Positions 26,398 through 37,395 are shown, counted from the stretch's first letter. The stretch is 64,000 nucleotides of DNA from an uncultured Clostridia bacterium (GCA_944376825.1 CALWDY010000014.1:842-64841); one strand, 5' to 3'. Program-made: numbers and translations. Notes: generated from the letters alone by a model not told the origin.

Positions 26398-27717
26398 TTA
26401 TATTTTAACTCTTTTTAAAAAACCTCTATTTTCAGTTCTTCTTGCGACTTGCTGATCTAATTGTTTTTCAAATTCAAGTGCAACAGAAACCAAAATCATA
26501 AGCCCTGTAACACTAAAAGCGTTTATGAGTGTAGAATCTAAACTTGTTGTAGCAAGTGCATTAAACACCAAACTTGGAACAAGTGCAATAAACGCCAAAT
26601 ATATTCCACAGAACCAATTTAATCTAGAATTAATTCTATTTAAATAATCTGCTGTTTGTTTTCCATGATGGAACATATTTATAGTTAAATTATTCTTTTG
26701 GAAAAATTCACTAGGATTTTGTTCTTTAAACATCATTGCACCATAAACCACTGTTAAAAATAATATCAAGAGTGCTGTAACAACAATGTATACCCATGAA
26801 CCTGTTCCCAAGTATCTTGTCCACCAATCTGCAAATTCTGTATTAGGCCAGAATATTGTGATTAGCATTTGAGGGAATGATACAAGTGCATTTGCAAAAA
26901 TAATTGGAATAACACCTGTTGAATTAACTTTCATTGGATAATAAGAACTTGGTCTATTAAACCTTGAATCTCTCGTGTATCCCGCTGCATGGTATACTAT
27001 CCTTCTTTCTGCATTGTCGATAAAGATGATAAGACCAAATATAAGTACTACTGCAAAAAGGAAAATTAAAATTGTCCACAAATAATCAATATTTTGTGCA
27101 ACTCCTTGTGCTGCTGTAAAAAGTCCTGTGCATGCTGTTGATAATATTCCAACAAAAATTAAAAGTGAAAGTCCGTTACCAACACCAATACTTGTAATTT
27201 TTTCACCAAGCCAAACGGTGAACATTGCACCTGAAACAAGCATTACAACAATAAACATACAAGAAAGCCAAACTGGTGCAGATTCACCAAACATTCTCGT
27301 ATCTATAAAGCCTTCAGAATTAGCATATGAAACAACAATACCAATTGATTGAGCAATTGCAAGTATTAAAGCAACAATTCTATTTAAAAAATTAATCTTT
27401 TTTTGCTTGTTGTCGTTTTTAAGCATATCTGGAAAAGCCATTGCTATAAGTTGAACGATAATTGATGCACTAATATAAGGAGAAACTCCTAACGCAAAAA
27501 ACGATGCATTTGCAAGTGCACCACCACTGATTGAGTTCATAAGAGATAAAAATGTTATCCCCGTTGAACCCGAAACTTGGTCTTGAAGTGCCCCAGGACT
27601 AATTCCAGGGACAGTTAGCCAGCACCCTACTCTATAAACAAACAGTAAAAGTAGTGTTATTAAAAGTTTTTTTCTTAAGTCTTTAATTTTAAAAGCACTA
27701 TATAAAGTTCTAAACAT
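26398..27717 (-). CDS. secY: Preprotein translocase subunit SecY
   Basis: 439 aa polytopic membrane protein in spc-operon position. Confidence 0.96.
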   Translation of the reverse strand: MFRTLYSAFKIKDLRKKLLITLLLLFVYRVGCWLTVPGISPGALQDQVSGSTGITFLSLMNSISGGALANASFFALGVSPYISASIIVQLIAMAFPDMLKNDNKQKKINFLNRIVALILAIAQSIGIVVSYANSEGFIDTRMFGESAPVWLSCMFIVVMLVSGAMFTVWLGEKITSIGVGNGLSLLIFVGILSTACTGLFTAAQGVAQNIDYLWTILIFLFAVVLIFGLIIFIDNAERRIVYHAAGYTRDSRFNRPSSYYPMKVNSTGVIPIIFANALVSFPQMLITIFWPNTEFADWWTRYLGTGSWVYIVVTALLILFLTVVYGAMMFKEQNPSEFFQKNNLTINMFHHGKQTADYLNRINSRLNWFCGIYLAFIALVPSLVFNALATTSLDSTLINAFSVTGLMILVSVALEFEKQLDQQVARRTENRGFLKRVKI

Positions 27718-28163
27718 TAGATCACCTCAGCTTTTCCACCGACTTTTTCTATTTTTTCAACAGCACTTTTAGTAAATTTTTTAGCTCTTACTATAAGTGG
27801 TTTTGTAAGTTCTCCATTGCCAAGAACTTTAAGTCCATATGGCAACATTTTTCCTACAACTCTTGTTTCGTATAAAAGTTCAAGTGTAATAACTGAGTTC
27901 TCTTCAAACTGTTCCAAATCACCTACATTGCAAGTTGAATATTTTTTTGCAAAATTGTAGTTATTGAAACCTCTAATTGGCATTTTTCTTACAAGTGGTA
28001 ATTGTCCGCCTTCAAAACCTGGTCTAACTCCACCACCGCTTCTTGCATTTTGTCCTTTGTGTCCTTTTCCACTTGTTTTTCCAATTCCACTACCTATTCC
28101 ACGACCAACTCTAAAAGAGCTAGTTCTAGAATTTTTTGCTGGAGAAAGTGTTTGAATATCCAT
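27717..28163 (-). CDS. rplO: 50S ribosomal protein L15
   Basis: ..GRGIGSGIGKTSGKGHKGQNARSGGGVRPGFEGGQ.. Confidence 0.96.
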   Translation of the reverse strand: MDIQTLSPAKNSRTSSFRVGRGIGSGIGKTSGKGHKGQNARSGGGVRPGFEGGQLPLVRKMPIRGFNNYNFAKKYSTCNVGDLEQFEENSVITLELLYETRVVGKMLPYGLKVLGNGELTKPLIVRAKKFTKSAVEKIEKVGGKAEVI

Positions 28164-28173
28164 TTTTTTCCTC

Positions 28174-28362
28174 CTATATTTCTTCCACTTTTACCAAGTG
28201 TGCAACATGAGAAATACTTCCTCTAATGCTTGCATTGTCTGGTAAAACAACAGAATTATTTAATTTTCTTAATCCAAGTGCTTCTATAATTTGAAGCTGT
28301 TTTTTGTTATAACCAATAGGACTTCTTACCAAAGTTACCTTTAATTGTTTTTCTTGTGCCAT
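28174..28362 (-). CDS. rpmD: 50S ribosomal protein L30
   Basis: LKVTLVRSPIGYNKKQLQIIEALGLRKLN.. Confidence 0.95.
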   Translation of the reverse strand: MAQEKQLKVTLVRSPIGYNKKQLQIIEALGLRKLNNSVVLPDNASIRGSISHVAHLVKVEEI

Positions 28363-28370
28363 AATTCCTC

Positions 28371-28907
28371 CTAGATCTCTTCAACAGATTTACCACGAAG
28401 AGCAGCAATCTGTTCCTTTGTTCTAACGCTTCTTAACCCGTTAAGAGTTGCTCTCACACTGTTAATTTTGTTAGTTGAACCGTGAATTTTTGTCACAATA
28501 TCTTTAACACCAGCAAGTTCAAGTACAGCACGTGCACCACCACCAGCGATGATCCCTGAACCTTCTTTTGCTGGCATCAAATGAATTTTTGATGTGCCAT
28601 ATTTACCTATTATTTCATGTGGAATTGTTCCGTTTACAATATTAATAGGTTTCATATCTTTTTTAGCAGCCATTGTTGCTTTGTCTATTGCAACAGGAAC
28701 TTCTTTTGCTTTGCCAATTCCCATTCCAACATTGCCTTTACGATCTCCTACTACAACAACTGCAGAAAATCTTAAAGTTCTTCCACCTTTAACAACTTTT
28801 GTAACGCGACGAACTGCCACAAGATTTTTATCAATACCGATATCATCACGCCTTGATCTCTCTTCTCTTGGTTTTCTGGTTTTTTTAATTTCTTCTTTTT
28901 CTACCAC
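28371..28907 (-). CDS. rpsE: 30S ribosomal protein S5
   Basis: ..[24 protein letters not shown].. Confidence 0.96.
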   Translation of the reverse strand: MVEKEEIKKTRKPREERSRRDDIGIDKNLVAVRRVTKVVKGGRTLRFSAVVVVGDRKGNVGMGIGKAKEVPVAIDKATMAAKKDMKPINIVNGTIPHEIIGKYGTSKIHLMPAKEGSGIIAGGGARAVLELAGVKDIVTKIHGSTNKINSVRATLNGLRSVRTKEQIAALRGKSVEEI

Positions 28908-28916
28908 GATAACCTC

Positions 28917-29285
28917 CTAAAATTCTAGTCCAGCACTTCTTGCGCCTTCGGCCAATGCTTGAACTCTTCCTGTGTAAATATATCCACCTCTGTCAAAAAC
29001 CACATTTTTAATTTTTGCTGAAAGTGCTTTTTCTCCAATTGTTTCACCAACAATTCTAGCTTGCTCGGTTTTTGTTTTTCCTTTAAGTTTGCTCTCTAAA
29101 TCTTTATCACGGCTTGATACTGCAAGCAAAGTAACTCCTTTTGAATCGTCTATTATTTGAGCATAAATACTTGCATTACTTCTATAAACATCAAGTCTAG
29201 GGCAATCACTTGTTCCAGATATTTTTTTTCTAACACGAGCATGTCTTATAACTCTTAAATTATTTTTGTCTTCTTTTTTAAACAT
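28917..29285 (-). CDS. rplR: 50S ribosomal protein L18
   Basis: ..[31 protein letters not shown].. Confidence 0.96.
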   Translation of the reverse strand: MFKKEDKNNLRVIRHARVRKKISGTSDCPRLDVYRSNASIYAQIIDDSKGVTLLAVSSRDKDLESKLKGKTKTEQARIVGETIGEKALSAKIKNVVFDRGGYIYTGRVQALAEGARSAGLEF

Positions 29286-29298
29286 TTATGCTCTCCTC

Positions 29299-29847
29299 CT
29301 ATTTTTTACCCTTGCCTGCTGTTTTTCCAACTTTTCTCACAACGACTTCGTCTGCATAACGAACGCCATATGCATGATAAGGCTCAACTTTTCTTAAATC
29401 TCTAATTTTTGAAGCAACTTGTCCAACTTTTTGCTTGTCAATTCCTTTAACAAGAATTTCAAGGTTAGAAGGACATTCCAAAGTTATACCATCTTCTTCG
29501 TTAACTTCAATATTATGTGAATATCCCAAGTTAAGAACAAGTTTGTTTCCTTGTTTTTGTGCCTTGTAACCAATACCGTTAATGATAAGTTTTTTCTCAA
29601 AACCTTTGCTAACACCAGTTACCATGTTTGCCAAAATTGCTCTGTAAAGACCGTGCTTTGCCTTTGCTTCGTTACTATCGTTTGCTCTTGTAAGTTCAAC
29701 CTTAGTATTTTCAACTTTAACAGTTATAAGTTTGTCAACTTCTTGTGTTAAAGTTCCTTTTGGACCTTTAACAGTAACAAGTCCGTTGTCTACTGAAAGT
29801 TCAACTCCTGCTGGCAAATCTATGTGTTTTCTACCTATTCTAGACAT
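29299..29847 (-). CDS. rplF: 50S ribosomal protein L6
   Basis: MSRIGRKHIDLPAGVELSVDNGLVTVKGPKGTL.. Confidence 0.96.
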   Translation of the reverse strand: MSRIGRKHIDLPAGVELSVDNGLVTVKGPKGTLTQEVDKLITVKVENTKVELTRANDSNEAKAKHGLYRAILANMVTGVSKGFEKKLIINGIGYKAQKQGNKLVLNLGYSHNIEVNEEDGITLECPSNLEILVKGIDKQKVGQVASKIRDLRKVEPYHAYGVRYADEVVVRKVGKTAGKGKK

Positions 29848-29856
29848 ATTTTCCTC

Positions 29857-30255
29857 CTACCATACAAAAGCCAAAACTTCACCACCAACATTAAGGGTGC
29901 GAGCTTGCTTATCTGTTAAAATACCTTTGTTTGTTGAAATAACTGCAATTCCAAGTCCATTTATTACTTTTGGTAATTTATCTTTTTCTGCATAAACTCT
30001 AAGTCCTGGTTTTGAAATTCTTCTTAGACCTTGAATAACGCTATTTCCATTTTCATCATATTTAAGTTTAACAACAATATTTTTAATTGTTCCTTCTTCA
30101 ACAAGTTTTAGTTCTTTTATATAACCTTCATCAAGAAGAATATTTAAAATTGCCATTTTTTCTTTTGAAGCAGGAATTGTTACTTCGATGTGCTTAGCCG
30201 TTATGCTATTACGAATACGGGTAAGCATATCTGCGATTGGATCTGTTAAAATCAT
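29857..30255 (-). CDS. rpsH: 30S ribosomal protein S8
   Basis: [17 protein letters not shown]..; ATG 30255 is 9 nt after AAGGAGG (track start 30276 overlaps rpsN). Confidence 0.95.
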   Translation of the reverse strand: MILTDPIADMLTRIRNSITAKHIEVTIPASKEKMAILNILLDEGYIKELKLVEEGTIKNIVVKLKYDENGNSVIQGLRRISKPGLRVYAEKDKLPKVINGLGIAVISTNKGILTDKQARTLNVGGEVLAFVW

Positions 30256-30269
30256 ATCTATATTCCTCC

Positions 30270-30455
30270 TTACCAACTAGCCTTCTTAACACCAGGAATT
30301 TCTCCCTTTGATGCAAGTTCTCTAAAACATATTCTGCAAATACCATACTTTTTAAGAACAGAGTGTGGACGACCACAAATTGAACAACGAGTATATTCTC
30401 TTGTAGAAAATCTTTGTTTTCTTTTTTGTTTTTCTTTTAATGCTGTTTTTGCCAT
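30270..30455 (-). CDS. rpsN: 30S ribosomal protein S14 type Z (Zn-binding, 61 aa)
   Basis: [48 protein letters not shown]..; GGAG RBS; track ORF over-extended upstream. Confidence 0.94.
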   Translation of the reverse strand: MAKTALKEKQKRKQRFSTREYTRCSICGRPHSVLKKYGICRICFRELASKGEIPGVKKASW

Positions 30456-30465
30456 ATTACTCTCC

Positions 30466-31014
30466 TTAACCTCTTGTTCTAAAAGGCATACCCATTTTTT
30501 CAAGTAATGATTTTGCCTCTTCATCCGACTTTGCACTTGTTACAACTATAATATCTAAACCTCTAATTTTGTCTAGTTTATCATATTGAATTTCAGGGAA
30601 AATAAGTTGTTCTTTAATTCCTAATGCGTAATTTCCTTTTCCATCAAACGCTTTTGTTGAAACACCCTTAAAATCTCTAACTCTTGGAAGAGCAATTGAT
30701 ATAAGTCTGTCTAAAAATTCGTACATTCTGTCACCACGAAGTGTAACTTTTGCACCAACTTTCATGCCTTGACGAACTTTAAAGTTGGAAATAGCCTTTT
30801 TAGCAACAGTAGGAACTGCTTTTTGACCTGCGATTGCTGTTAATTCATCAACTGCAATATTAAAACTTTTTGAATTGTCTTTAACTTCGCCAAGTCCCAT
30901 ATTTAAAACTATTTTGCTAAGTTTTGGAACTTCATTTACATTTTTATAACCAAATTCTTCAAGAAGTGCAGGAACAACTTTTTCTTTATATAAAACTGAT
31001 AATCTACTTTTCAT
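30466..31014 (-). CDS. rplE: 50S ribosomal protein L5
   Basis: ..[19 protein letters not shown].. Confidence 0.96.
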   Translation of the reverse strand: MKSRLSVLYKEKVVPALLEEFGYKNVNEVPKLSKIVLNMGLGEVKDNSKSFNIAVDELTAIAGQKAVPTVAKKAISNFKVRQGMKVGAKVTLRGDRMYEFLDRLISIALPRVRDFKGVSTKAFDGKGNYALGIKEQLIFPEIQYDKLDKIRGLDIIVVTSAKSDEEAKSLLEKMGMPFRTRG

Positions 31015-31514
31015 TATTCCTCCTCCTTAACAACTTCTTTTTTTGTTGTTGATTTTTTAGCTGTTGTTGAAGCCTTTTTTGTTGTTGTTTTCTTTTCAGT
31101 TTTTGTTCCTTCAACTTTTGCTTGTGTTGATTTTTCTTCTTTTGCAGAAGATTTCTTTTCTTGTTTAGCTAATTTTTTTACTGTTTTAGCCATTGCCTTG
31201 TCAAGACTTGCTCCGCATTTTTTGCAAACTCTAACTTTTTTGCCTTCAATTTCTTTATGAGCAACTCTTGTTGCTTTTCCACAGTCTGGGCAAACAACCA
31301 TAACATTTGATGCACAAAGTGGTGCACTTTTTTTGATTATTCCACCTTTATCTTCTTGTGATTTTCTTCTTTGATGTTTTGTTACAACATTTACATTTTC
31401 AACAAGAACTTTGTTTGTTTTTGGAGAAACACCCAAGACTTTAGCTGTTTTGCCTTTTTCTTTTCCAGCGATTACAACTACTGTATCACCTTTTTTAACA
31501 AATAATTTTGCCAT
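31014..31514 (-). CDS. rplX: 50S ribosomal protein L24 with CxxC..CxxC knuckle and ~60-aa Lys/Thr-rich C-terminal tail
   Basis: [22 protein letters not shown] (KOW) ..[23 protein letters not shown].. then [45 protein letters not shown]. Confidence 0.94.
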   Translation of the reverse strand: MAKLFVKKGDTVVVIAGKEKGKTAKVLGVSPKTNKVLVENVNVVTKHQRRKSQEDKGGIIKKSAPLCASNVMVVCPDCGKATRVAHKEIEGKKVRVCKKCGASLDKAMAKTVKKLAKQEKKSSAKEEKSTQAKVEGTKTEKKTTTKKASTTAKKSTTKKEVVKEEE

Positions 31515-31526
31515 GTTTTTCTCCTT

Positions 31527-31895
31527 TTATATAACTTCTGGTGCAAGTGATATAATTTTCATATATCCCTTATCCCTTAGTTCTCTTGCAATAGGTCCAA
31601 AAATACGAGTACCTTTTGGTTGTTTTTGGTTATCGATAATAACTGCTGCATTATCATCAAATTTAATGTGTGAACCATCTGGGCGACGAAGACCCTTGCT
31701 TGATCTAACAATAACAGCCTTAACAACATCTCCCTTTTTTACTGCTCCACCAGGAATTGCGCTTTTTACTGATGCAACAATAACATCACCAATATTTCCG
31801 CTTCTTCTATAAGAACCGCCAAGAACACGGATACACATGATTTGTTTTGCTCCAGTGTTATCAGCAACTTTTAATCTTGTTTGTGGTTGAATCAT
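31527..31895 (-). CDS. rplN: 50S ribosomal protein L14
   Basis: [28 protein letters not shown].. Confidence 0.97.
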   Translation of the reverse strand: MIQPQTRLKVADNTGAKQIMCIRVLGGSYRRSGNIGDVIVASVKSAIPGGAVKKGDVVKAVIVRSSKGLRRPDGSHIKFDDNAAVIIDNQKQPKGTRIFGPIARELRDKGYMKIISLAPEVI

Positions 31896-31906
31896 TTTGT
31901 ATCCTC

Positions 31907-32173
31907 CTATCTTGCCTTTTCAACAATCTTTACAACTCTATAATATTTGTCCTTAGAAATGTGTCTTGTTTCCATAATTTCAACAGTGTCACCAATTCCA
32001 CATTCGTTGTTTTCATCATGAGCTTTAAATTTTGTTGTTTGTTTAACGACTTTTTTGTAAAGTGGGTGTTTTCTGCTTGAAACAACAGCAACAACCACAG
32101 TTTTATTCATTTTGCCAGCACTAACTACTGTTCCTACTTTGCTAGGACGATTGTTTCTTTCTAAATTTTCCAT
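31907..32173 (-). CDS. rpsQ: 30S ribosomal protein S17
   Basis: ..[25 protein letters not shown].. Confidence 0.96.
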   Translation of the reverse strand: MENLERNNRPSKVGTVVSAGKMNKTVVVAVVSSRKHPLYKKVVKQTTKFKAHDENNECGIGDTVEIMETRHISKDKYYRVVKIVEKAR

Positions 32174-32182
32174 ATCTTCCCC

Positions 32183-32371
32183 CTATGCCTTTTTCTCTTT
32201 TAATAATGTATTAACCCTAGCAATATCTTTCTTTACATTATGAATTTGCATTGGGTTTGGCAAATTACCGGTTGCTTGTGAAAAACGAAGATTGAATAAT
32301 TCTTGTTTTAAGTCAACAAGTTTTTGATTTAATTCTTCAACTGTTAAACTTCTTAATTCCTTAATTTTCAT
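32183..32371 (-). CDS. rpmC: 50S ribosomal protein L29
   Basis: [35 protein letters not shown]..; start set at Met5 of track ORF. Confidence 0.94.
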   Translation of the reverse strand: MKIKELRSLTVEELNQKLVDLKQELFNLRFSQATGNLPNPMQIHNVKKDIARVNTLLKEKKA

Positions 32372-32795
32372 TGTTGACACCACCTTGTTCTTCTTTTTTT
32401 ACAAATTTTACTTTGCAAGGAAGTTTGTGTCCAGCAAGTCTTAATGCTTCTCTTGCTACTTCTTCACTAACTCCTGTCATTTCAAAAAGCACTCTGCCTG
32501 GTTTAACAACAGCAACCCAGAATTCTGGTGAACCTTTACCTGAACCCATACGAGTTTCAGCAGGTTTTTTTGTTACTGGTTTATCAGGGAAAATTTTTAT
32601 CCAAACTTTACCACCACGTTTAATGTATCTTGTCATTGCTATACGAGCAGCTTCAATTTGATTTGATTTAATCCAACATGGCTCTAATGCAACAAGACCA
32701 AAATCTCCATAAGCGAGTGTGTTACCACGAGTTGCAACGCCAGTCATTCTGCCACGATGAACTCTTCTTCTTTTTACTCTTTTTGGCATTAACAT
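32361..32795 (-). CDS. rplP: 50S ribosomal protein L16
   Basis: [19 protein letters not shown].. Confidence 0.97.
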   Translation of the reverse strand: MLMPKRVKRRRVHRGRMTGVATRGNTLAYGDFGLVALEPCWIKSNQIEAARIAMTRYIKRGGKVWIKIFPDKPVTKKPAETRMGSGKGSPEFWVAVVKPGRVLFEMTGVSEEVAREALRLAGHKLPCKVKFVKKEEQGGVNNEN

Positions 32796-33472
32796 TAGTC
32801 TTGTCCTCCTTTGTTGTCATTTAAATGTTCTTTTTTATCAAGTATATCACCTTTATAAATCCAAACTTTAACACCAAGTTTTCCATAGTTGGTATATGCG
32901 GCTGAAACACCATAATCGATATCTGCTCTTATTGTTTGAAGAGGTAGAGATCCTTCTTTGTATGTTTCACTTGTTCCAATAGTGTTTGCACCATTAACAA
33001 CGCCACTAACTCTAACCTTGCAACCTTTTGCTCCGGCTTTCATAACTCTTTGCAAGGCTTGTTTTAAACATCTTTTATATGCAACTCTTTTTTCAAGTTG
33101 ATTTACAATACTTTCAGCAACTAAATTTGCATCCAAATCTGGTTTTTTAACTTCTTTAACATTAATAACAAGATTTTTTGTTGGGCTTATAATTTTTGAA
33201 AGTTGTTTTTTGATAACTTCAATATTTGAACCTTTTTGTCCAATCAAAACTGCTGGTCTGCATGTTAAAACATTGATAACCAATCTTTCTTTTGTTCTTT
33301 CAATATTTACTTTTGAAATTCCAGCTTGTGCATAAGATTTTGCAAAAAAGTTTCTAATTTTTTTGTCTTCAAGAAGGAATTTGGCAAAATCTTCTTTGCT
33401 TGCAAACCATGAAGAATCCCATTGTTTGTTAATTCCTACTCTAAATCCTATTGGACTTACTTTTTGACCCAT
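32795..33472 (-). CDS. rpsC: 30S ribosomal protein S3
   Basis: [24 protein letters not shown].. Confidence 0.97.
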   Translation of the reverse strand: MGQKVSPIGFRVGINKQWDSSWFASKEDFAKFLLEDKKIRNFFAKSYAQAGISKVNIERTKERLVINVLTCRPAVLIGQKGSNIEVIKKQLSKIISPTKNLVINVKEVKKPDLDANLVAESIVNQLEKRVAYKRCLKQALQRVMKAGAKGCKVRVSGVVNGANTIGTSETYKEGSLPLQTIRADIDYGVSAAYTNYGKLGVKVWIYKGDILDKKEHLNDNKGGQD

Positions 33473-33489
33473 TGTTTTGCCTCCTTTCC

Positions 33490-33879
33490 TTACGCTTCAA
33501 TATTACCAAGTATCATGGTAATATGAGAACTTCTTTTTAATAATCTGTTGGCTCTACCCCTTGCACGAATATCAAGTCTTTTAAGTGTAGGACCAGCACC
33601 AACGTAACATTCTTCTACAAACAAATCTGCTCTGTTTAAACCTTTGTTGTTTTCAGCATTAGCAATAGCAGATTTTAATAGTTTTAAGCAAACTTCTGCT
33701 GCATATGTTGTTGAATTTTCTAATATTGCAACAGCATCTTCTACCTTTTTGCCCCTAACCAAATCAAGAACAATTCTAACCTTTGATGGGCTCATTCTTA
33801 CATATTTTACTTTTGCATATGGGCGAGTGTCTTTTGCCTGTTTTCTCGCTTGTGCTTTTTCTCTAATTCTTGTTGCCAT
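33490..33879 (-). CDS. rplV: 50S ribosomal protein L22
   Basis: ..AKVKYVRMSPSKVRIVLDLVRGK.. Confidence 0.96.
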   Translation of the reverse strand: MATRIREKAQARKQAKDTRPYAKVKYVRMSPSKVRIVLDLVRGKKVEDAVAILENSTTYAAEVCLKLLKSAIANAENNKGLNRADLFVEECYVGAGPTLKRLDIRARGRANRLLKRSSHITMILGNIEA

Positions 33880-33889
33880 TATTCACCTC

Positions 33890-34177
33890 TTAGCCTCTTG
33901 TTGCCGTTGTAGTCGACTTTTTACTTCCAGCATGACCTTTAAAAGTTCTTGTTGGTGCAAACTCACCTAGTTTATGTCCAACCATTTCTGCTGTACAATA
34001 AACAGGGATGTGTTTTCTTCCATTGTGAACTGCAAAAGTGTAGCCTACAAATTCAGGATATATCACAGAAGAACGTGACCAAGTTTTTATAGGTTTTTTG
34101 TTGCTTGGATCCATTTCTGTAACTCTTTTCATGAGTCTTGGGCAAACATATGGTTTCTTCTTTAATGATCTACTCAT
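33890..34177 (-). CDS. rpsS: 30S ribosomal protein S19
   Basis: [27 protein letters not shown].. Confidence 0.97.
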   Translation of the reverse strand: MSRSLKKKPYVCPRLMKRVTEMDPSNKKPIKTWSRSSVIYPEFVGYTFAVHNGRKHIPVYCTAEMVGHKLGEFAPTRTFKGHAGSKKSTTTATRG

Positions 34178-34187
34178 ATTTTATCTC

Positions 34188-35015
34188 CTAATTTATTCTC
34201 TTAACAATTAACTTGTTAGATGCTTTTTTAGATTTTCTTGTCTTTAAGCCAAGAGCTGGTTTACCCCAAGGTGTAAGAGGTGTTTTGTGTCCAACAGGGC
34301 TCTTACCTTCACCACCACCATGTGGGTGATCATTAGGGTTCATTACCACACCACGAACAGTTGGTCTTATACCCATATGTCTTTTTCTTCCTGCTTTTCC
34401 AAGAGAAATAAGTTCATGATCTGCATTTCCAACAGTTCCAAGTGTTGCTTTGCAAGTTAAAAGCACTTTTCTCATTTCGCCACTTGGCATACGAAGTGTT
34501 GCATATTTTCCTTCTTTTGCCATAAGGCTAATTTCAACACCAGCACTTCTTCCAAATTGTCCACCTTTTCCTGCAACTAATTCAACATTGTGGATAACTG
34601 AACCAACTGGAATAAATTCAAGTGGAAGAGCGTTTCCGACTTTTATTTCTGCATCTTTACCACTTTGAACAGTGTCACCAACACTTAAACCAAGTGGAGC
34701 CAAGATGTATCTTTTTTCGCCATCAGCATAGCAAACTAATGCGATGTATGCGCTACGATTAGGATCGTATTCAATGCCAACAACTTTTGCTGGTATTCCA
34801 TCTTTATTTCTTTTAAAATCAATTATTCTGTATTTTTGTCTGTTTCCGCCACCAATATGACGAACTGTTATTTTTCCACTAACATTTCTGCCTGCTGTTT
34901 TCTTTTTTGTTACTAGCAAACTTTTTTCAGGAGTTTTTTTAGTTACTTCTTCAAAGGTTGCTTTTGTATAAAATCTACGACCAGCAGATGTTGGTTTGCT
35001 TGTTTTAATTGCCAT
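34188..35015 (-). CDS. rplB: 50S ribosomal protein L2
   Basis: ..[32 protein letters not shown].. Confidence 0.97.
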   Translation of the reverse strand: MAIKTSKPTSAGRRFYTKATFEEVTKKTPEKSLLVTKKKTAGRNVSGKITVRHIGGGNRQKYRIIDFKRNKDGIPAKVVGIEYDPNRSAYIALVCYADGEKRYILAPLGLSVGDTVQSGKDAEIKVGNALPLEFIPVGSVIHNVELVAGKGGQFGRSAGVEISLMAKEGKYATLRMPSGEMRKVLLTCKATLGTVGNADHELISLGKAGRKRHMGIRPTVRGVVMNPNDHPHGGGEGKSPVGHKTPLTPWGKPALGLKTRKSKKASNKLIVKRIN

Positions 35016-35032
35016 AACTAATTATACTCCTT

Positions 35033-35335
35033 TTACGATAAACTTTCAAAGAACGCAATTGGTTTGCTATCTTTTGTAAGAGTAACAATTGCTTTTGTGT
35101 AATCACTTGTTTTACCAACCGTTCTTCCTTCTTTTAAATTTCTTGTTTTTTCTTTACCTTTAACGCTAACTTTGTTTACTCTTTCAACTTTAACGTTAAA
35201 AAGTTCTTCAACTGCTTTTCTAATTTGAATTTTATTTGCATCAGCGTTAACTTTAAAAGTATAAACTTTGTTTGCAATTCCTGAATATGCCTTTTCTGTT
35301 AAAACAGGTTTAATTATAATATCTTGTGCTTTCAT
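35033..35335 (-). CDS. rplW: 50S ribosomal protein L23
   Basis: ..IIKPVLTEKAY..YTFKV..ANKIQIRKAVEELF.. Confidence 0.95.
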   Translation of the reverse strand: MKAQDIIIKPVLTEKAYSGIANKVYTFKVNADANKIQIRKAVEELFNVKVERVNKVSVKGKEKTRNLKEGRTVGKTSDYTKAIVTLTKDSKPIAFFESLS

Positions 35336-35958
35336 TATTCTGCATAAGCCTCCTCTAATTTTTTAACAGCCGACTTTGTAAGAACAACTTGCTTGTTTGC
35401 AACAACATCATAAACATTTAATAAGTCTGTTGTTGTTAAACTTGTTTTTTGAATATTATTTGTTGCTCTTAAAGCCTCATCGCTCTTTTGATCTAAAACA
35501 ATAAGAGTGCTTGCTTTAAAACCAAATGCATCTAAAAATGCCTTAACTTCTTTTGTTTTTGCATTTTCAAGTTTAAATTCATCCAAAATAAGAAGTTCTT
35601 TTTGTGCAAGTTTTTGAGATATTGCGCTAAGAAGTGCAAATCTTCTTGCTGTTTTGTTTTGCTTTTTAGAGAAATCTCTTGGCTTTGGAGCAAAAACAAC
35701 TCCACCACCCACAAATTGAGGGCCTTTTGTTGAACCTTGTCTAGCATGTCCAGTGTGTTTTTGTTTCCAAGGCTTTTTTGCGTGTCCTCTAACTTCACTT
35801 CTTGTAAGTGCAGATTTTGTTCCTTGACGATTGTTTGCATTGTAAGCAACAACTGCATCGTGAATTAAAGGTTCATTATACTCAACACCAAAAACTGAAT
35901 CTTTTAAATTGATTGTACCAACTTCGGCGTTTTGCATATTATATACTTTTGCTTTCAT
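35335..35958 (-). CDS. rplD: 50S ribosomal protein L4
   Basis: ..RQGTKSALTRSEVRGHAKKPWKQKHTGHARQGS.. Confidence 0.96.
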   Translation of the reverse strand: MKAKVYNMQNAEVGTINLKDSVFGVEYNEPLIHDAVVAYNANNRQGTKSALTRSEVRGHAKKPWKQKHTGHARQGSTKGPQFVGGGVVFAPKPRDFSKKQNKTARRFALLSAISQKLAQKELLILDEFKLENAKTKEVKAFLDAFGFKASTLIVLDQKSDEALRATNNIQKTSLTTTDLLNVYDVVANKQVVLTKSAVKKLEEAYAE

Positions 35959-36596
35959 TATTTGCCTCCTTTAACCGCTTCACTAACTGTTACAACTGTT
36001 CCTCTTGGACCAGGTATGCAACCTTTAATAAGTAGCAAATTGCGAGCAGAATCGACCTTAACAATTTCCAAATTTTGAATTGTTACTCTCTCGTGTCCGT
36101 AGTGTCCAGCAAGATGTTTGTTTTTAAATACTCTTGATGGTGTACTGTTTGCACCCATAGACCCTACTTCTCTATGAACAGGTCCTGTTCCGTGTGTCAT
36201 TTTTAAACGATGTTGATTCCATCTTTGGATAACACCAGTAAAACCACGACCTCTTGTTAAACCGGTTACATCAACTTTGTCTTTTTCGTTAAATATATCG
36301 CAAAGGATTGATGATCCGATTTGATAGTTTTGTGAATTTTCAAGTTTTAACTCTCTTAAAATTCTGTGTGCAGGAACATTTGCTTTTTTAAATGCTCCCA
36401 TTTGTGCTTTGTTTACTCTTGATTCTTTTGTTTCATCAAAAGCAACAACAACACTATCATAACCTTCCTTGCTTTGTGTTTTTATTTGAACAATTTTGCA
36501 AGGACCGGCTTCAACTACTGTAACCGGAACAACCAAACCATCAGGTGTGAAGATTTGTGTCATTCCTAGTTTTTTGCCTATAATTGCTTTATTCAT
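35958..36596 (-). CDS. rplC: 50S ribosomal protein L3
   Basis: ..[24 protein letters not shown].. Confidence 0.97.
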   Translation of the reverse strand: MNKAIIGKKLGMTQIFTPDGLVVPVTVVEAGPCKIVQIKTQSKEGYDSVVVAFDETKESRVNKAQMGAFKKANVPAHRILRELKLENSQNYQIGSSILCDIFNEKDKVDVTGLTRGRGFTGVIQRWNQHRLKMTHGTGPVHREVGSMGANSTPSRVFKNKHLAGHYGHERVTIQNLEIVKVDSARNLLLIKGCIPGPRGTVVTVSEAVKGGK

Positions 36597-36610
36597 TTTC
36601 TTCTCCTTCC

Positions 36611-36919
36611 TTATAGTTCGATTTTTATATCAACACCTGCAGGCAAATCTAATTTCATAAATGCATCAGTTTGCTTTGGTGAAGTTGGATACACATCTAT
36701 CATTCTTTTGTGTGTTCTAGATTCAAATTGTTCACGACTGTCTTTGTGTTTGTGTGGTGAACGAATAACAGTTATAACTTCCTTGTCTGTTGGAAGAGGA
36801 ACTGGACCCACCACTTTGGCACCACTCTTGTTTGCAGTGTTTATTATTCTTACACATGCTTGGTCAAGAAGTGTATGGTCGTAAGATTTTAGTTTGATTC
36901 TAATTTTTTGTGTTGCCAT
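36611..36919 (-). CDS. rpsJ: 30S ribosomal protein S10
   Basis: [27 protein letters not shown]..; AGGAGG RBS; first gene of the operon. Confidence 0.97.
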   Translation of the reverse strand: MATQKIRIKLKSYDHTLLDQACVRIINTANKSGAKVVGPVPLPTDKEVITVIRSPHKHKDSREQFESRTHKRMIDVYPTSPKQTDAFMKLDLPAGVDIKIEL

Positions 36920-37136
36920 TTTTAACCTCCTGTTGTTTTGTGCTAGCCAACAAATTACATAAATGTAAACCTTTTATTTGTTTTCAACACTATTCCGTGT
37001 GTTTGTATGTGGTTTTAAAATAAAAAGGCGTTTGTTGGTCGCCCTGCTTTAAGCAGAACTTGTCGACATGAATTATCCTTTTCCGCTTGCTAGGAAACAA
37101 GTAACTTCATGCGTCAACCCGTACTTTGCCACATTA
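36920..37136 (-). promoter_or_regulatory. ~215-nt structured leader of the S10 operon with an internal terminator-like hairpin (candidate attenuator)
   Basis: Between promoter and rpsJ ATG: hairpins CTGC-TTAAA-GCAG and AGGGCG-ACCAACAAA-CGCCTT followed by TTTATTTT (~37015-37060). Confidence 0.45.
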
Positions 37137-37142
37137 CATGGT

Positions 37143-37172
37143 ATTGTATAATATTACACACCCTCTTGTCAA
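37143..37172 (-). promoter_or_regulatory. Sigma-A promoter of the S10-spc-alpha super-operon
   Basis: Minus strand TTGACAagagggtgtgtaatattaTACAAT (18-nt spacer; alt. TATACA at 16), preceded by a long A/T-rich UP-like tract. Confidence 0.75.
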
Positions 37173-37395
37173 CACCTTTTTTATGGTTTTTAAAAATAAT
37201 TTTGGTTTTTAAATGTTTATTTACAAAAACTAAATGTTTAAAAAATTGCACAAAAAAACTTAAACAAATTAAAAATTTTGTTTGTATAAATAAGCAGTTT
37301 TTTTAAATTTATTTACACTTATCGTAAAAAAAATAAATGTTTTGTTATTTTATAAGTCTCCAATTACAACGCTCACGCACCTTTGTTTATTTAAA

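Noticed and set aside
30270-30536. 88-aa version of S14 with an N-terminal extension overlapping rplE
   Set aside because: The extension has no homology. The internal [14 protein letters not shown]... start has its own GGAG RBS and gives the canonical 61-aa type Z S14.
31411-31812. Long alternative-frame/antisense ORFs inside conserved genes. Examples: 31411..31812 +, 35532..35858 -, 45561..46049 +, 46474..46977 +, 11278..11685 +, 21428..21616 -, 57920..58249 +
   Set aside because: Each lies entirely within a gene whose product is confidently recognised. They have no RBS and low-complexity or biased composition typical of shadow ORFs.
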